Shown here: positions 55,464 through 64,000 of the stretch, piece after piece
Layout: each line of letters opens with the position of its first letter
Position numbering within the stretch: position 1 is the stretch's first letter
Assembly: GCA_030145345.1 (NCBI GenBank)
Contig: JAQYVT010000006.1
Location: forward strand, 107 to 64,106
Direction: 5' to 3'
Length of the DNA: 64,000 nt
DNA from: Desulfobacterales bacterium
GTDB lineage: Bacteria > Desulfobacterota > Desulfobacteria > Desulfobacterales > UBA11574
Position numbers and translations under genes: made by a program
Notes under the pieces: generated by a model
Told to the model about the DNA's origin: nothing
Seen by the model: only the letters and a program-made list of their open reading frames with translations
Databases searched by the model: none

Positions 55464-56180
55464 ATGTTTAAAAAAACTGACCGAGAAAAAAAACCGAAAT
55501 TGCTTAGCGCTTTTCTTTTGGCGGTTATGCTTCTTGTATCGGCATGTGCAAAAGATACCGTCGTTAAAGATCGCCCCCCCATGCCGTTTGAGGTAAAAAA
55601 AATTCTAATTTTTCCTTTTGAAGATATGGCCGGAGTGTATGGACAAAATATTGATGCCCGCTGTCCGGTCTGCGGCAAAGTGTTCATGACCGGCCCGGTA
55701 ACTGAAAACGCTACCCGAATCCTGACGGATCAGGTGTTCATTTTACTAAAAGAACGAAAAGATATTGAGCTCATACCCGCCAGCCAGGCCCGGGGAGTTA
55801 TGTCAGGTTTGCGGGCAGGAAGTAAAAATGCCTTGTCAGAACAAGATTTATGGATTGAAACAGGACGCGATCTGGGTGCCGATGCCGTAATCGTCGGGCA
55901 TCTCTACCGTTTCAGAGAACGCATCGGTACGAAATATTCCGTCGAGGTTCCCGCCTCTGTGGCATTTGATATCCATCTTATCGGTGTGAGGGATGGACGT
56001 TCGTTGTGGGGCGGCAACTTTGATGAAACGCAACAGTCACTGTTTGAAGATCTTTATCAACTGGGAACCTTTTTACGCAGAGGGGGCAAGTGGATTACGG
56101 CACAGGAGTTGGCCGTATCCGGTCTTGAAGATATGCTTGACACCTTTCCCGCTTCAGCCAAGGGGTTAAAGAATCAATAG
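55464..56180 (+). CDS. hypothetical lipoprotein
   Basis: Lipobox LLVSAC after a basic N-terminus. No family was recognised by eye. Lies between hisB and hisA. Confidence 0.55.
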   Translation: MFKKTDREKKPKLLSAFLLAVMLLVSACAKDTVVKDRPPMPFEVKKILIFPFEDMAGVYGQNIDARCPVCGKVFMTGPVTENATRILTDQVFILLKERKDIELIPASQARGVMSGLRAGSKNALSEQDLWIETGRDLGADAVIVGHLYRFRERIGTKYSVEVPASVAFDIHLIGVRDGRSLWGGNFDETQQSLFEDLYQLGTFLRRGGKWITAQELAVSGLEDMLDTFPASAKGLKNQ

Positions 56181-56184
56181 AACT

Positions 56185-56916
56185 ATGGATGTTATACCTG
56201 CAGTCGATATTAAAAATGGAAAATGTGTGCGGCTTTTTCAGGGAAAAATGGATGCAGAAACCGTTTTTTCCGATGATCCCGCCGCCATGGCCAAGAGATG
56301 GGAGGATGAAGGCGCTGAATTAATTCATGTTGTCGATCTTGACGGGGCAATTGAAAAAAGTCCTCAAAATCTCGGTTCAATAAGAAAAATCATTAATAGT
56401 GTCGATGCCCATATACAGGTTGGGGGTGGAATCCGGAACGAAAAAACCATCAGGATGTTCCTCGAAATCGGGGTTAAAAGGGTTATTATTGGTACCGAGG
56501 CCATTCGAAATCCGAAACTCGTTAAGGATGCATGCAAAGAATTTCCTGGACAAATTGTTGTAGGGATCGATGCCCGAAACGGATGGGTTGCAATTGAAGG
56601 ATGGACAAAGACAACTCAAGTCAAAGCTGTCGATCTTGCAATTCAGTTCGAAGACAGCGGCGTCGCCGCCATCAATTTTACGGATATTCACAGAGATGGA
56701 ATGCAGACAGGACCGAACATCGAGGAAACCCGGAGATTGGCGGAAGCTGTTAACATACCGGTGGTTGCTTCAGGCGGCATTTCATCCATAGAAGATATTC
56801 AAAATCTAATGCCTTTAGAAACCGTCGGCGTTGTCGGCGTTATTACCGGAAGGGCACTCTACAGCGGCAGCTTGAAGCTCAAGGAAGCCATCGAGGTTCT
56901 AAAAAAACAAAAATAA
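56185..56916 (+). CDS. hisA: ProFAR isomerase (1-(5-phosphoribosyl)-5-[(5-phosphoribosylamino)methylideneamino]imidazole-4-carboxamide isomerase)
   Basis: N-terminus MDVIPAVDIKNGKCVRL, plus HVVDLDGA and ASGGIS motifs. Confidence 0.93.
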   Translation: MDVIPAVDIKNGKCVRLFQGKMDAETVFSDDPAAMAKRWEDEGAELIHVVDLDGAIEKSPQNLGSIRKIINSVDAHIQVGGGIRNEKTIRMFLEIGVKRVIIGTEAIRNPKLVKDACKEFPGQIVVGIDARNGWVAIEGWTKTTQVKAVDLAIQFEDSGVAAINFTDIHRDGMQTGPNIEETRRLAEAVNIPVVASGGISSIEDIQNLMPLETVGVVGVITGRALYSGSLKLKEAIEVLKKQK

Positions 56917-56959
56917 CGCGTATGGTCAATATATCGAGTAGATTTTAACGACTACATTC

Positions 56960-56988
56960 TTGACAAAACAAATTTTAATCGTTACTAT
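56960..56988 (+). promoter_or_regulatory. sigma70-like promoter candidate upstream of dnaG
   Basis: TTGACA-N17-TACTAT. Confidence 0.4.
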
Positions 56989-57267
56989 TTTAGGTTAAAA
57001 TATTAAGGAATTAATCGTTGCTGTTCGGTGGAAAGTTATTTCTCCTTGATCCGTGAATATATTTGAGGCTTTGGCTCGTAGACTTTTTAGAAATTCCTTA
57101 AAAATTGGCTTTTCAATGAGACTTGTCCCTAAAAAAGATAAAGATCTTCAATTATATCAACCTGAGCACACAATTAAAGTTATAAGGCTTCATCCTGTTT
57201 AAGTCCTCCCATCATTATCAATTCCGAATTTGTCGTTCATTCCATTTATTGATGGAGGTTGGTCTTT

Positions 57268-59052
57268 TTGGCAGTTTATATTCCTGAAGATAAAGTTTTA
57301 GAAATTAAAAATGCGGCGGATATTGTGGAGGTCGTTTCGGACGCCGTATATCTGAAAAAAGCCGGGAAAAACTTCGTTGGTCTCTGCCCTTTTCATTCGG
57401 AAAAAACCCCTTCTTTTACCGTAAGTCCTCAAAAACAGATATTTTATTGCTTCGGTTGTGCCACCGGCGGAAACGTTTTCAGTTTTATTATGAAGCGCGA
57501 TGGTATTTTATTTCCCGATGCGGCGTTGATGCTCGCCAGAAGATATGGAATCCATATCCCCACTCGAACCCTGTCTCCGGAACAAAAAAGGCGAATCAAT
57601 GAAAGGGAAGGCATGCTGTCTGTAAATAGACAAGCGATGGATTTTTATCGCCAAGAACTGCTTGGAAGTCCTTCGGGAAAGCGCGCGATGGCCTATCTAA
57701 AGAAACGAGGGCTGAGCAGAGAAATCATCGATACCTTTTGCCTTGGATATGCGCAGGAAGGCTGGGATCATCTGTTAAACTATTCCTCGAAAAAAGGGAT
57801 ACCGTCGAGCATGCTTGAAAAATCCGGATTGATTGTTCAAAGGAAAAACCAAGATGGTTTTTACGATCGTTTTAGAGGACGTATAATATTTCCGATTTTC
57901 GAATCAAATATGCATGTAATTGGATTCGGGGGCCGGGTCCTCGGTGATTCCATGCCGAAATATCTTAACTCGCCGGAAACGCGATTATATAACAAAAGCC
58001 GCTCGTTGTACGGTCTGCATTTGGCTAAATTAAAATGTAGACAGAGTGAAGCGGTTTACATCGTTGAGGGGTATTTTGATTTATTGGCCCTGCATCAGCA
58101 TGGCATTCAGAATTCCGTCGCAACCTTAGGGACATCGATTACAGCCGACCATGTTCAGATTCTTAGGGGATTTATCGGGAAAAATGGTAAGGTCATACTT
58201 GTCTTTGATTCAGACGATGCCGGTATCAAGGCAGCCCAAAGAAGCATAGCAATATTTGACAAAGGATATATTGATGCTAAAATTCTTGTTTTACCTGAGG
58301 GATACGATCCGGATTCATATCTATTCGAATTCGGAGTCGACGCGTTTCTGGATCTTGTTTCCGAAGCGCAGGGTATCATCCCTTTTCTCATGAATTCTGC
58401 TGTTAAGAGGTACGGACTTTCCAATGAAGGAAAAATCCGTGTGATTTCAGAGTTGAAAGAACCTCTGGCATCTATCAATGATAAAGTGGCAAGATCTTTA
58501 TACATCAAAGATCTTGCCGAGTGTATCAACATCGATGAGTCTGCTGTTCTGGAAAGGGTTCGAAAAATAACGCTTCGGAAGGGTGCCCCTTTTAAGGATC
58601 AAGGAAAAGTTCTGAAAAGCAAATGGGACCGAATAGAGCGGCAGATCATTACAATGATGCTGGAATTTCCACAAATATCTTCAGAAATCGCCGAGCGTAA
58701 TATACTCGACCTTTTTGAAGATAATGACTTAAGGTCCATTGGACAAACGATACTGAAGAACAAAGATCGCTCTGGAATGGGTGTGTCTGATCTGATTGAT
58801 TTAATCGGCAATAAAGCCCAAAAGAACTTGGTATCCTCTCTGGCGATCGGGGAGGATATTTGGAATCATGAGGCATGCCTTGGTATTATAACCCGGTTTG
58901 AATCGATACGAAATAAAGATAAAAATTTGTTGATGGAAAAAATAAAAGAAGCGGAAGCGACGAATGATACCGAATTGCTTTTGAAGTTGTTGACTAAAAA
59001 ACAAAAGATGGCAGTGCTCGCTGAAAAAAAGAAGATGGCGCTGTTGAAATAA
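57268..59052 (+). CDS. dnaG: DNA primase
   Basis: Zn-finger CPFHSEKTPSFTVSPQKQIFYCFGC and a TOPRIM domain (EGYFDLL, DSDDAG). TTG 57268 is preferred because it lies 9 nt after GGAGG; the track start at 57259 abuts the RBS. Confidence 0.9.
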   Translation: MAVYIPEDKVLEIKNAADIVEVVSDAVYLKKAGKNFVGLCPFHSEKTPSFTVSPQKQIFYCFGCATGGNVFSFIMKRDGILFPDAALMLARRYGIHIPTRTLSPEQKRRINEREGMLSVNRQAMDFYRQELLGSPSGKRAMAYLKKRGLSREIIDTFCLGYAQEGWDHLLNYSSKKGIPSSMLEKSGLIVQRKNQDGFYDRFRGRIIFPIFESNMHVIGFGGRVLGDSMPKYLNSPETRLYNKSRSLYGLHLAKLKCRQSEAVYIVEGYFDLLALHQHGIQNSVATLGTSITADHVQILRGFIGKNGKVILVFDSDDAGIKAAQRSIAIFDKGYIDAKILVLPEGYDPDSYLFEFGVDAFLDLVSEAQGIIPFLMNSAVKRYGLSNEGKIRVISELKEPLASINDKVARSLYIKDLAECINIDESAVLERVRKITLRKGAPFKDQGKVLKSKWDRIERQIITMMLEFPQISSEIAERNILDLFEDNDLRSIGQTILKNKDRSGMGVSDLIDLIGNKAQKNLVSSLAIGEDIWNHEACLGIITRFESIRNKDKNLLMEKIKEAEATNDTELLLKLLTKKQKMAVLAEKKKMALLK

Positions 59053-59091
59053 AAAAAGTTGCTCACTGGCGTCTAAGGGAGGCTCAGCTAT

Positions 59092-60855
59092 ATGGCAAAA
59101 AAAGCCGCTAAAAAAACAAAAAAAAGAAAAAATATAACCCCAAAAACCCTGGAGAAGCTGATTTCAAAAGGAAAACAAAAGGGTTTTTTAACGTATGATG
59201 AGATTAACAAGGCGCTTCCAGAGAACATGTTTTCACTGGACCAAATCGATGAAACGCTCATCATGTTTAACGAGCTCAATATTGAAATCATCGACGAGAA
59301 AAAGAATAAGCTGCCCGCCGTAAAAAAAATGAAAGTTTCGGACACGTCTGCTCCTGATTTTGGATCAGTAACGGATCCTGTTAAAATGTATTTACGAGAA
59401 ATGGGACTGGTGACCCTGCTAAGCAGAGAAGGTGAGGTGGTCATCGCCAAGGAGATTGAAGCCGGTGAACGGGAAGTTTTGAGGGCGTTAATAGACACCA
59501 CCGTTGGTGTAAATTGCATATTGGAACTTGGGAGACAAGTAGAAAGCGGGGAGTTGCGACTCAAGCAGGTATTAAGGGATGTCCGGGAAATGGACGATGA
59601 GGACACGTACGTTGATGAAGCGCTCCAGATCGATAATTTATTAAAAACAATACATGCGATTCAGTCGGTTCATGAAGAAATTGCGGTGTTCAGGGAGAAA
59701 CTTTTTTCATCCAATCTCGATCCTGATGAACAGCGTCGTATCCGAAGATGCGTCACTCGAAGAAACAAAAAGATTTTCGAACTGCTAAAAGATTGGCGTT
59801 TTGAAAATGTCGTGTTGGACAAAATTGAGAAACTGATCAGAGAGGATATCGAATGGTTCGATTCCAGAAATAAAATGATGCTGATGTGCGCGGATAAGCT
59901 GGGCACATCCGTTAAAGATCTTCGTGCCAAGCTCACAACCAAAAAAAAGTTCTCTGCATGGATCAGTCCCCGTTGTGATCTGACAAAAGAGGAGATCGAT
60001 CTACTTTTTACCGAGTTCGAGAGAATCAAAAATCAGATTGCAGAACAAGAATATGCCATTAAGGCCGGAAGCCGCTCTTTAAAAAGGATTATGTCCAATG
60101 TTGATGAAGGGCGTTATATCGCAAAACTTGCCAAAGGTGAACTGACCAAGGCCAATTTGCGCCTTGTGGTCAGTATTGCCAAAAAATATACCAACAGAGG
60201 GCTGCAATTTCTTGATTTGATTCAGGAAGGGAATATCGGCCTTATGAAGGCCGTCGACAAATTTGAATATCGGCGTGGATATAAATTCAGCACGTATGCC
60301 ACATGGTGGATACGACAGGCCATTACAAGAGCCATTGCAGATCAGGCAAGGACCATTCGAATTCCGGTTCATATGATCGAAACCATCAATAAGCTTATTC
60401 GTACATCCAGGTACCTTGTGCAGGAGCTTGGAAGAGAGCCGACGCCGGAGGAGATCGCGGAAAAAATGGAGGTCCCTTTGGTCAAGGTGCGGAAAGTTTT
60501 AAAAATTGCAAGGGAACCGATTTCTTTGGAAACCCCTATCGGGGAAGAAGAGGATAGCCACCTGGGTGATTTCATAGAAGATAAAAAATTTATGTTACCT
60601 TCAGATGCTGCTGTAAGTCTTAATCTTGCCGAACAGACCCGAAAGGTTCTTGCAACCTTGACGCCACGCGAGGAAAAGGTGTTGCGCATGCGGTTTGGGA
60701 TCGGCGAAAAGGCTGACCATACCCTTGAAGAGGTGGGGCAGGATTTTACCGTAACCCGGGAAAGGATCCGGCAGATAGAAGCAAAAGCTTTGAGAAAACT
60801 TAGACATCCCACCAGAAGCCGTAAACTGAAAAGTTTTATCGAACAGACACAATGA
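59092..60855 (+). CDS. rpoD: RNA polymerase sigma factor RpoD
   Basis: 587 aa. Region 2 ([28 protein letters not shown]) and region 4 ([12 protein letters not shown]) are present. Confidence 0.95.
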   Translation: MAKKAAKKTKKRKNITPKTLEKLISKGKQKGFLTYDEINKALPENMFSLDQIDETLIMFNELNIEIIDEKKNKLPAVKKMKVSDTSAPDFGSVTDPVKMYLREMGLVTLLSREGEVVIAKEIEAGEREVLRALIDTTVGVNCILELGRQVESGELRLKQVLRDVREMDDEDTYVDEALQIDNLLKTIHAIQSVHEEIAVFREKLFSSNLDPDEQRRIRRCVTRRNKKIFELLKDWRFENVVLDKIEKLIREDIEWFDSRNKMMLMCADKLGTSVKDLRAKLTTKKKFSAWISPRCDLTKEEIDLLFTEFERIKNQIAEQEYAIKAGSRSLKRIMSNVDEGRYIAKLAKGELTKANLRLVVSIAKKYTNRGLQFLDLIQEGNIGLMKAVDKFEYRRGYKFSTYATWWIRQAITRAIADQARTIRIPVHMIETINKLIRTSRYLVQELGREPTPEEIAEKMEVPLVKVRKVLKIAREPISLETPIGEEEDSHLGDFIEDKKFMLPSDAAVSLNLAEQTRKVLATLTPREEKVLRMRFGIGEKADHTLEEVGQDFTVTRERIRQIEAKALRKLRHPTRSRKLKSFIEQTQ

Positions 60856-60957
60856 TTTTGGAATGTTGCATTGTGAAAATGTCGTTTTAGTGCTATCGAT
60901 AAGAGCTTGACAAAATAAACTTATGGGGATAGGTAATCTACGCTTGCATTGCTTTGT

Positions 60958-61030
60958 GGGCCCATAGCTCAGCTGGCAGAGCCACCGGCTCATAACCGGT
61001 CGGTCCCTGGTTCGATTCCAGGTGGGCCCA
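60958..61030 (+). tRNA. tRNA with CAT anticodon (elongator Met or lysidine-modified Ile2; not an initiator)
   Basis: Acceptor stem GGGCCCA/TGGGCCC has a G1:C72 pair. Anticodon loop is CTCATAA, T-loop GGTTCGATTCC. It lacks the three G:C pairs in the anticodon stem and the C1:A72 mismatch expected of tRNA-fMet. Confidence 0.85.
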
Positions 61031-61083
61031 TCAGTTTGTCGATGATGGGGACCAGGTCCACCCGTTTAACACTTTCTTGTACC

Positions 61084-61340
61084 TATATTGATCGTTTCAA
61101 ATTGCGCCAGAGAAATATAAATTTAATAATTTTGAATCTTTAAAGTACTTTAAGGCATTAAACCATATCACCGATTAGGTAGATATGAATGCAAACAAGA
61201 ATGTCACAATTTGAAACCCTTCGGGCTTGCCGATTTTACCGAATCTGTTGTGTTGCAGGACGCTTGCGGTAGTACACTACAGCTGCGCGCCCTGCGCCTT
61301 GCATCTTCGGCAAATTCGACAATCGCTCAATTTAGGTTTA
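61084..61340 (+). repeat. structured intergenic repeat R3, copy B
   Basis: Homologous to 34563-34818. Core at 61202-61340 starts TGTCACAATTTGAAACCCTTCGGGCTTGCCGATTTTACCGAATCTG. Confidence 0.7.
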
Positions 61341-61447
61341 AAAATATCGTATGGTCTTGCATACTCTATAGACCTGTAAGACACGTATGTTATTTTCCTT
61401 ACGATATCGCGCATGAGATGTGGGAATTAAAGGTTATAAAGAAGTTA

Positions 61448-61480
61448 AGGCGTGGTTATAAAAATAACCACGCCTTTTTT
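61448..61480 (+). terminator. strong rho-independent terminator
   Basis: AGGCGTGGTTAT-AAAA-ATAACCACGCCT followed by TTTTT. Confidence 0.8.
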
Positions 61481-61566
61481 GCGAAATACGAATGACAGAC
61501 AATTTTCCGAATCTTTCATAAACAAAATTTAGATTTTATTTCATCGAAATGCGTGGGTAAAATATT

Positions 61567-62685
61567 ATGGAAGCTACGATCGCCGATATCATCAAGGCAA
61601 TGGAAATCATCGCGCCAAGCTGGTTGGCAGAAGAATGGGACAATGTGGGGCTACAGATTGGAAAAAAGAACTGGCCGGTCCGAACCATCTGGGTTGCTCT
61701 GGACCCTACACCTCAGGTGGTGGGTGATGCATCTAGAAGCGGTGTCGACCTTTTAATCACACACCACCCCCTGATATTTGAGCCTTTAAGATCTATCCAG
61801 CTTGAAAGGCCTGAAGGATCCATTATTCAAACGGCACTTCAGGCCCAGATGGCAATATTTTCAGCCCATACCAATTTTGACAATGCAAACGACGGACTCA
61901 ACGACGCCTTGGCACGCCGGATCGGGCTCGAAGACCTGAAAGTTTTGAGAAATTCCAGACAAGCTGAAACGTATAAGCTGGTTGTATATGTGCCGGTGGG
62001 GTATGAGAAGGTCATTTTGGGGGCACTTTTCGAAACCAATGCCGGTGAAATCGGTTCCTATACCTGCTGTTCTTTCAGAAGTAACGGTAAAGGCACGTTT
62101 AAGCCGGACACTTCATCAAAGCCCTTCTCCGGCAAAATCGGTGAAATTTCTCATGTGGATGAGGTGAGAATCGAAACACTTGTTCGAAACAATGATCTAA
62201 GTCGAATTGTTGAACATGTTCGAAAACACCATCCTTATGAGACCATGGCGTACGATATTTATCCGCTACTAACCGATGAGAACAGGCACGGTACAGGACG
62301 CATCGGCGTGCTTGATAAAAAAATGGACCTTCTTTCTTTTGCGTTGTCCATCAAGAAGAAATTGGGCCTTAACTCCGTAAAAGTCGCTGGAAACCACGAA
62401 TTGGAAGTAAAAACAGCAGCTGTGTGTACCGGGAGCGGTTCCAGCTTGCTGAACGACTTTATCGCTTCTGAAGCACACGTTTATATTAGTGGAGATTTAG
62501 GGTATCATGTGGCAAGAACGATAGAAGCCGCAAACTTAGGACTCATCGACATCGGGCATTTTGCATCAGAGCATCTGATCGTTGATGTGCTTACAAATCG
62601 GCTTAAAAAGGTCCTGTCTGAAACCGGAATTGATGTAACAGTTGAAGCATATAGACTTGAAAATGACCCTTTTATGATAGTATAA
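61567..62685 (+). CDS. Nif3-like dinuclear metal-centre protein (YbgI family, with inserted domain)
   Basis: Motifs AEEWDNVGLQIG and ITHHPLIF, and a C-terminal histidine cluster. Length 372 aa. Confidence 0.88.
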   Translation: MEATIADIIKAMEIIAPSWLAEEWDNVGLQIGKKNWPVRTIWVALDPTPQVVGDASRSGVDLLITHHPLIFEPLRSIQLERPEGSIIQTALQAQMAIFSAHTNFDNANDGLNDALARRIGLEDLKVLRNSRQAETYKLVVYVPVGYEKVILGALFETNAGEIGSYTCCSFRSNGKGTFKPDTSSKPFSGKIGEISHVDEVRIETLVRNNDLSRIVEHVRKHHPYETMAYDIYPLLTDENRHGTGRIGVLDKKMDLLSFALSIKKKLGLNSVKVAGNHELEVKTAAVCTGSGSSLLNDFIASEAHVYISGDLGYHVARTIEAANLGLIDIGHFASEHLIVDVLTNRLKKVLSETGIDVTVEAYRLENDPFMIV

Positions 62686-62775
62686 TAGCAATGCTTGGAC
62701 AAAACAACCCTGTTATGGCATGTTGAATTCGATGGTTTTCCAATTGATTAATTAAAGATGAATGGATAAAGCGAT

Positions 62776-63489
62776 ATGAGAGAACAGATAGAAGTTCTTG
62801 TAAAACTACAACAGATCGAGACGGAAACCGTCCAGATTAAATCGGCATTAAATGATGTGTCTCAAAGACTCGAAGATCTTGATTCCGGAGTCAAAATCTT
62901 TGAACAAACCATCGAAGCGCAAGAGCGCATTATCAATGACCTGAAAAAACAGTATCGGGACTATGAATCTAATGTACAATTGAACCTTGAAAAGGAACAG
63001 AAGATCCAGGCTAAACTGAGATCTGTAAAGAACAACAAGGAATACCAGGCGTTGTTAAAAGAGATCGAGGATGTAAGGGGAAAAAATTCGGAAATTGAAG
63101 ATAAAATGATAGAATTCCTGGACCGAATGGATATAACAGAGACGATAATCGCGACGAAAAAGGATGAATATATAAATATTTTTGAACGTGCAAAAAGTGA
63201 AAAAGAAAGCATCAAACAGAACGCGGAAGCCAGCGAGAAACGGCTTGCTGAACTCGACATGGAAAGCGCGGAAGTCTCCGGATTGGTTGACCCTAAATTC
63301 CTGAAAAGATACTTGATCATAAAAGAACAGGACCCCGGTGAACTTGCAGTTGTTCCCGTAAAGGATGCTGTTTGTCATGGATGTAATGTTAATATCCCTC
63401 CACAATTGTATAACGAACTTTTTCGCTGTGACAGTCTGAGGTTCTGCCCCAACTGTCAGAGGATTATATATTATATTAAACCCTCATAA
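62776..63489 (+). CDS. coiled-coil protein with C-terminal C4 zinc ribbon (COG1579-like)
   Basis: Long heptad-rich region followed by CHGC...CPNC. The order Nif3, Zn-ribbon protein, rnpB is a commonly seen arrangement. Confidence 0.75.
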   Translation: MREQIEVLVKLQQIETETVQIKSALNDVSQRLEDLDSGVKIFEQTIEAQERIINDLKKQYRDYESNVQLNLEKEQKIQAKLRSVKNNKEYQALLKEIEDVRGKNSEIEDKMIEFLDRMDITETIIATKKDEYINIFERAKSEKESIKQNAEASEKRLAELDMESAEVSGLVDPKFLKRYLIIKEQDPGELAVVPVKDAVCHGCNVNIPPQLYNELFRCDSLRFCPNCQRIIYYIKPS

Positions 63490-63490
63490 T

Positions 63491-63875
63491 TACGGTCCGA
63501 GTCGTCCAGACGATCGCTGGATCCAATACGTGGTCCAGAGGAAAGTCCGAACACCATAGGGCAGGGTGCTCCATAACGTGGAGTCACGGTAACGTGAAGG
63601 AAAGTGCAACAGAAAGTATACCGCCCTGCATTCAGCAGGGTAAGGGTGAAAAGGTGCGGTAAGAGCGCACCAGTTCTTCGGGTGACCGGAGAAGCTTTGT
63701 AAACCCCACCCGGTGCAAGACCAAATAGGGGAGTGTTTGAGAATGGCCCGTTCAAGCTCCCGGGTAGGTCGCAAGAGGTGCCGGGCAACCGGCACTCATA
63801 GATGAATGATCGTCACCCGGCTGAGGGCAACCTCATCCGGACACAGAATTCGGCTTACGGACTGCTCGGACCGTA
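63491..63875 (+). ncRNA. rnpB: RNase P RNA, bacterial type A
   Basis: Conserved blocks GAGGAAAGTCCG, ACAGAAAGTATACCGCC, GGTAAGGGTGAAAAGGTGCGGTAAGAGCGCACC, AGACCAAATAGGGG and TAGATGAATGATCG. P1 pairing is ACGGTCCGAG / CTCGGACCGT. Confidence 0.93.
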
Positions 63876-63959
63876 TAAAAATTTACAGGTTTTACGAGGT
63901 CATTGTCGAAAAAACCGTCCACGGCGGTTTCTTGAACCTTAAAGGAGATGATGTAGATA

Positions 63960-64000
63960 ATGAAATTTCAAAAAACTGTTTGCGACATCTCTTTTGCAGA
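63960..64000 (+). CDS. 5' end of an unidentified gene (runs off the window)
   Basis: ATG at 63960 lies about 9 nt after AAAGGAG. The frame (MKFQKTVCDISFA) stays open to the window edge. Confidence 0.3.
   Translation, partial: MKFQKTVCDISFA

Noticed and set aside
57003-57101. 10-bp perfect inverted repeat TTAAGGAATT...AATTCCTTAA in the dnaG leader, where rpsU might have been expected.
   Set aside because: There is no S21-like ORF on either strand and only one short stem, which is too little to call a regulatory RNA.
61211-61495. 94-aa ORF here, and a 72-aa ORF at 34706-34924, in AT-rich spacers.
   Set aside because: Both start inside the R3 repeat core, so their N-termini merely translate the repeat. 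Neither has an RBS or a recognisable domain. The first runs through a rho-independent terminator stem.
63471-63795. Two ~100-aa minus-strand ORFs at 63471-63788 and 63490-63795.
   Set aside because: They lie entirely within the plus-strand RNase P RNA gene, whose conserved blocks are unambiguous.

Overview
This is a chromosomal window with no rRNA, CRISPR array, intact transposase or phage genes. Gene content suggests a Desulfobacterota-type anaerobe (inference only). In order, the window contains: (1) a nucleotide-sugar cluster (galE, manC, a UDP-sugar dehydrogenase, rfbA). (2) A cobalamin uptake, salvage and remodelling region on the minus strand under three cobalamin riboswitches: TonB-dependent receptor with exbB-exbD-tonB; cobT; and btuF-btuC-btuD-cobU-cobS plus a CbiR-like gene. 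(3) A thiolase paired with an HMG-CoA-synthase-like/DUF35 fusion. (4) A DsrE-like gene that only reads through if an in-frame TGA encodes selenocysteine. (5) A tightly coupled operon of GMC oxidoreductase, recC, a transglutaminase-like protein and an ABC exporter. (6) Housekeeping genes: lon, tsaB, psd, pssA, leuB, asd, greA, rpoZ, ttcA, folE2, dacB, dtd, a hybrid histidine kinase, glycerate kinase, yqgE, a dynamin-like GTPase, a parA-like gene, ycaO, hisB, hisA, dnaG, rpoD, nif3, tRNA-Ala, tRNA(CAT) and RNase P RNA. The most unusual feature is the intergenic DNA. A family of 270-410 bp elements with terminal inverted repeats carries decayed four-helix-bundle (Avd / 23S-IVS-protein-like) gene relics, with four full copies and one truncated copy in the first 22 kb. 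One copy has a perfect 8-bp target duplication and sits between a B12 riboswitch and its operon. Two copies now provide the stop codons of manC and btuD. There are also two other MITE-like families, a structured ~140-nt repeat with compensatory base changes, and several short-period (7-9 nt) tandem arrays.
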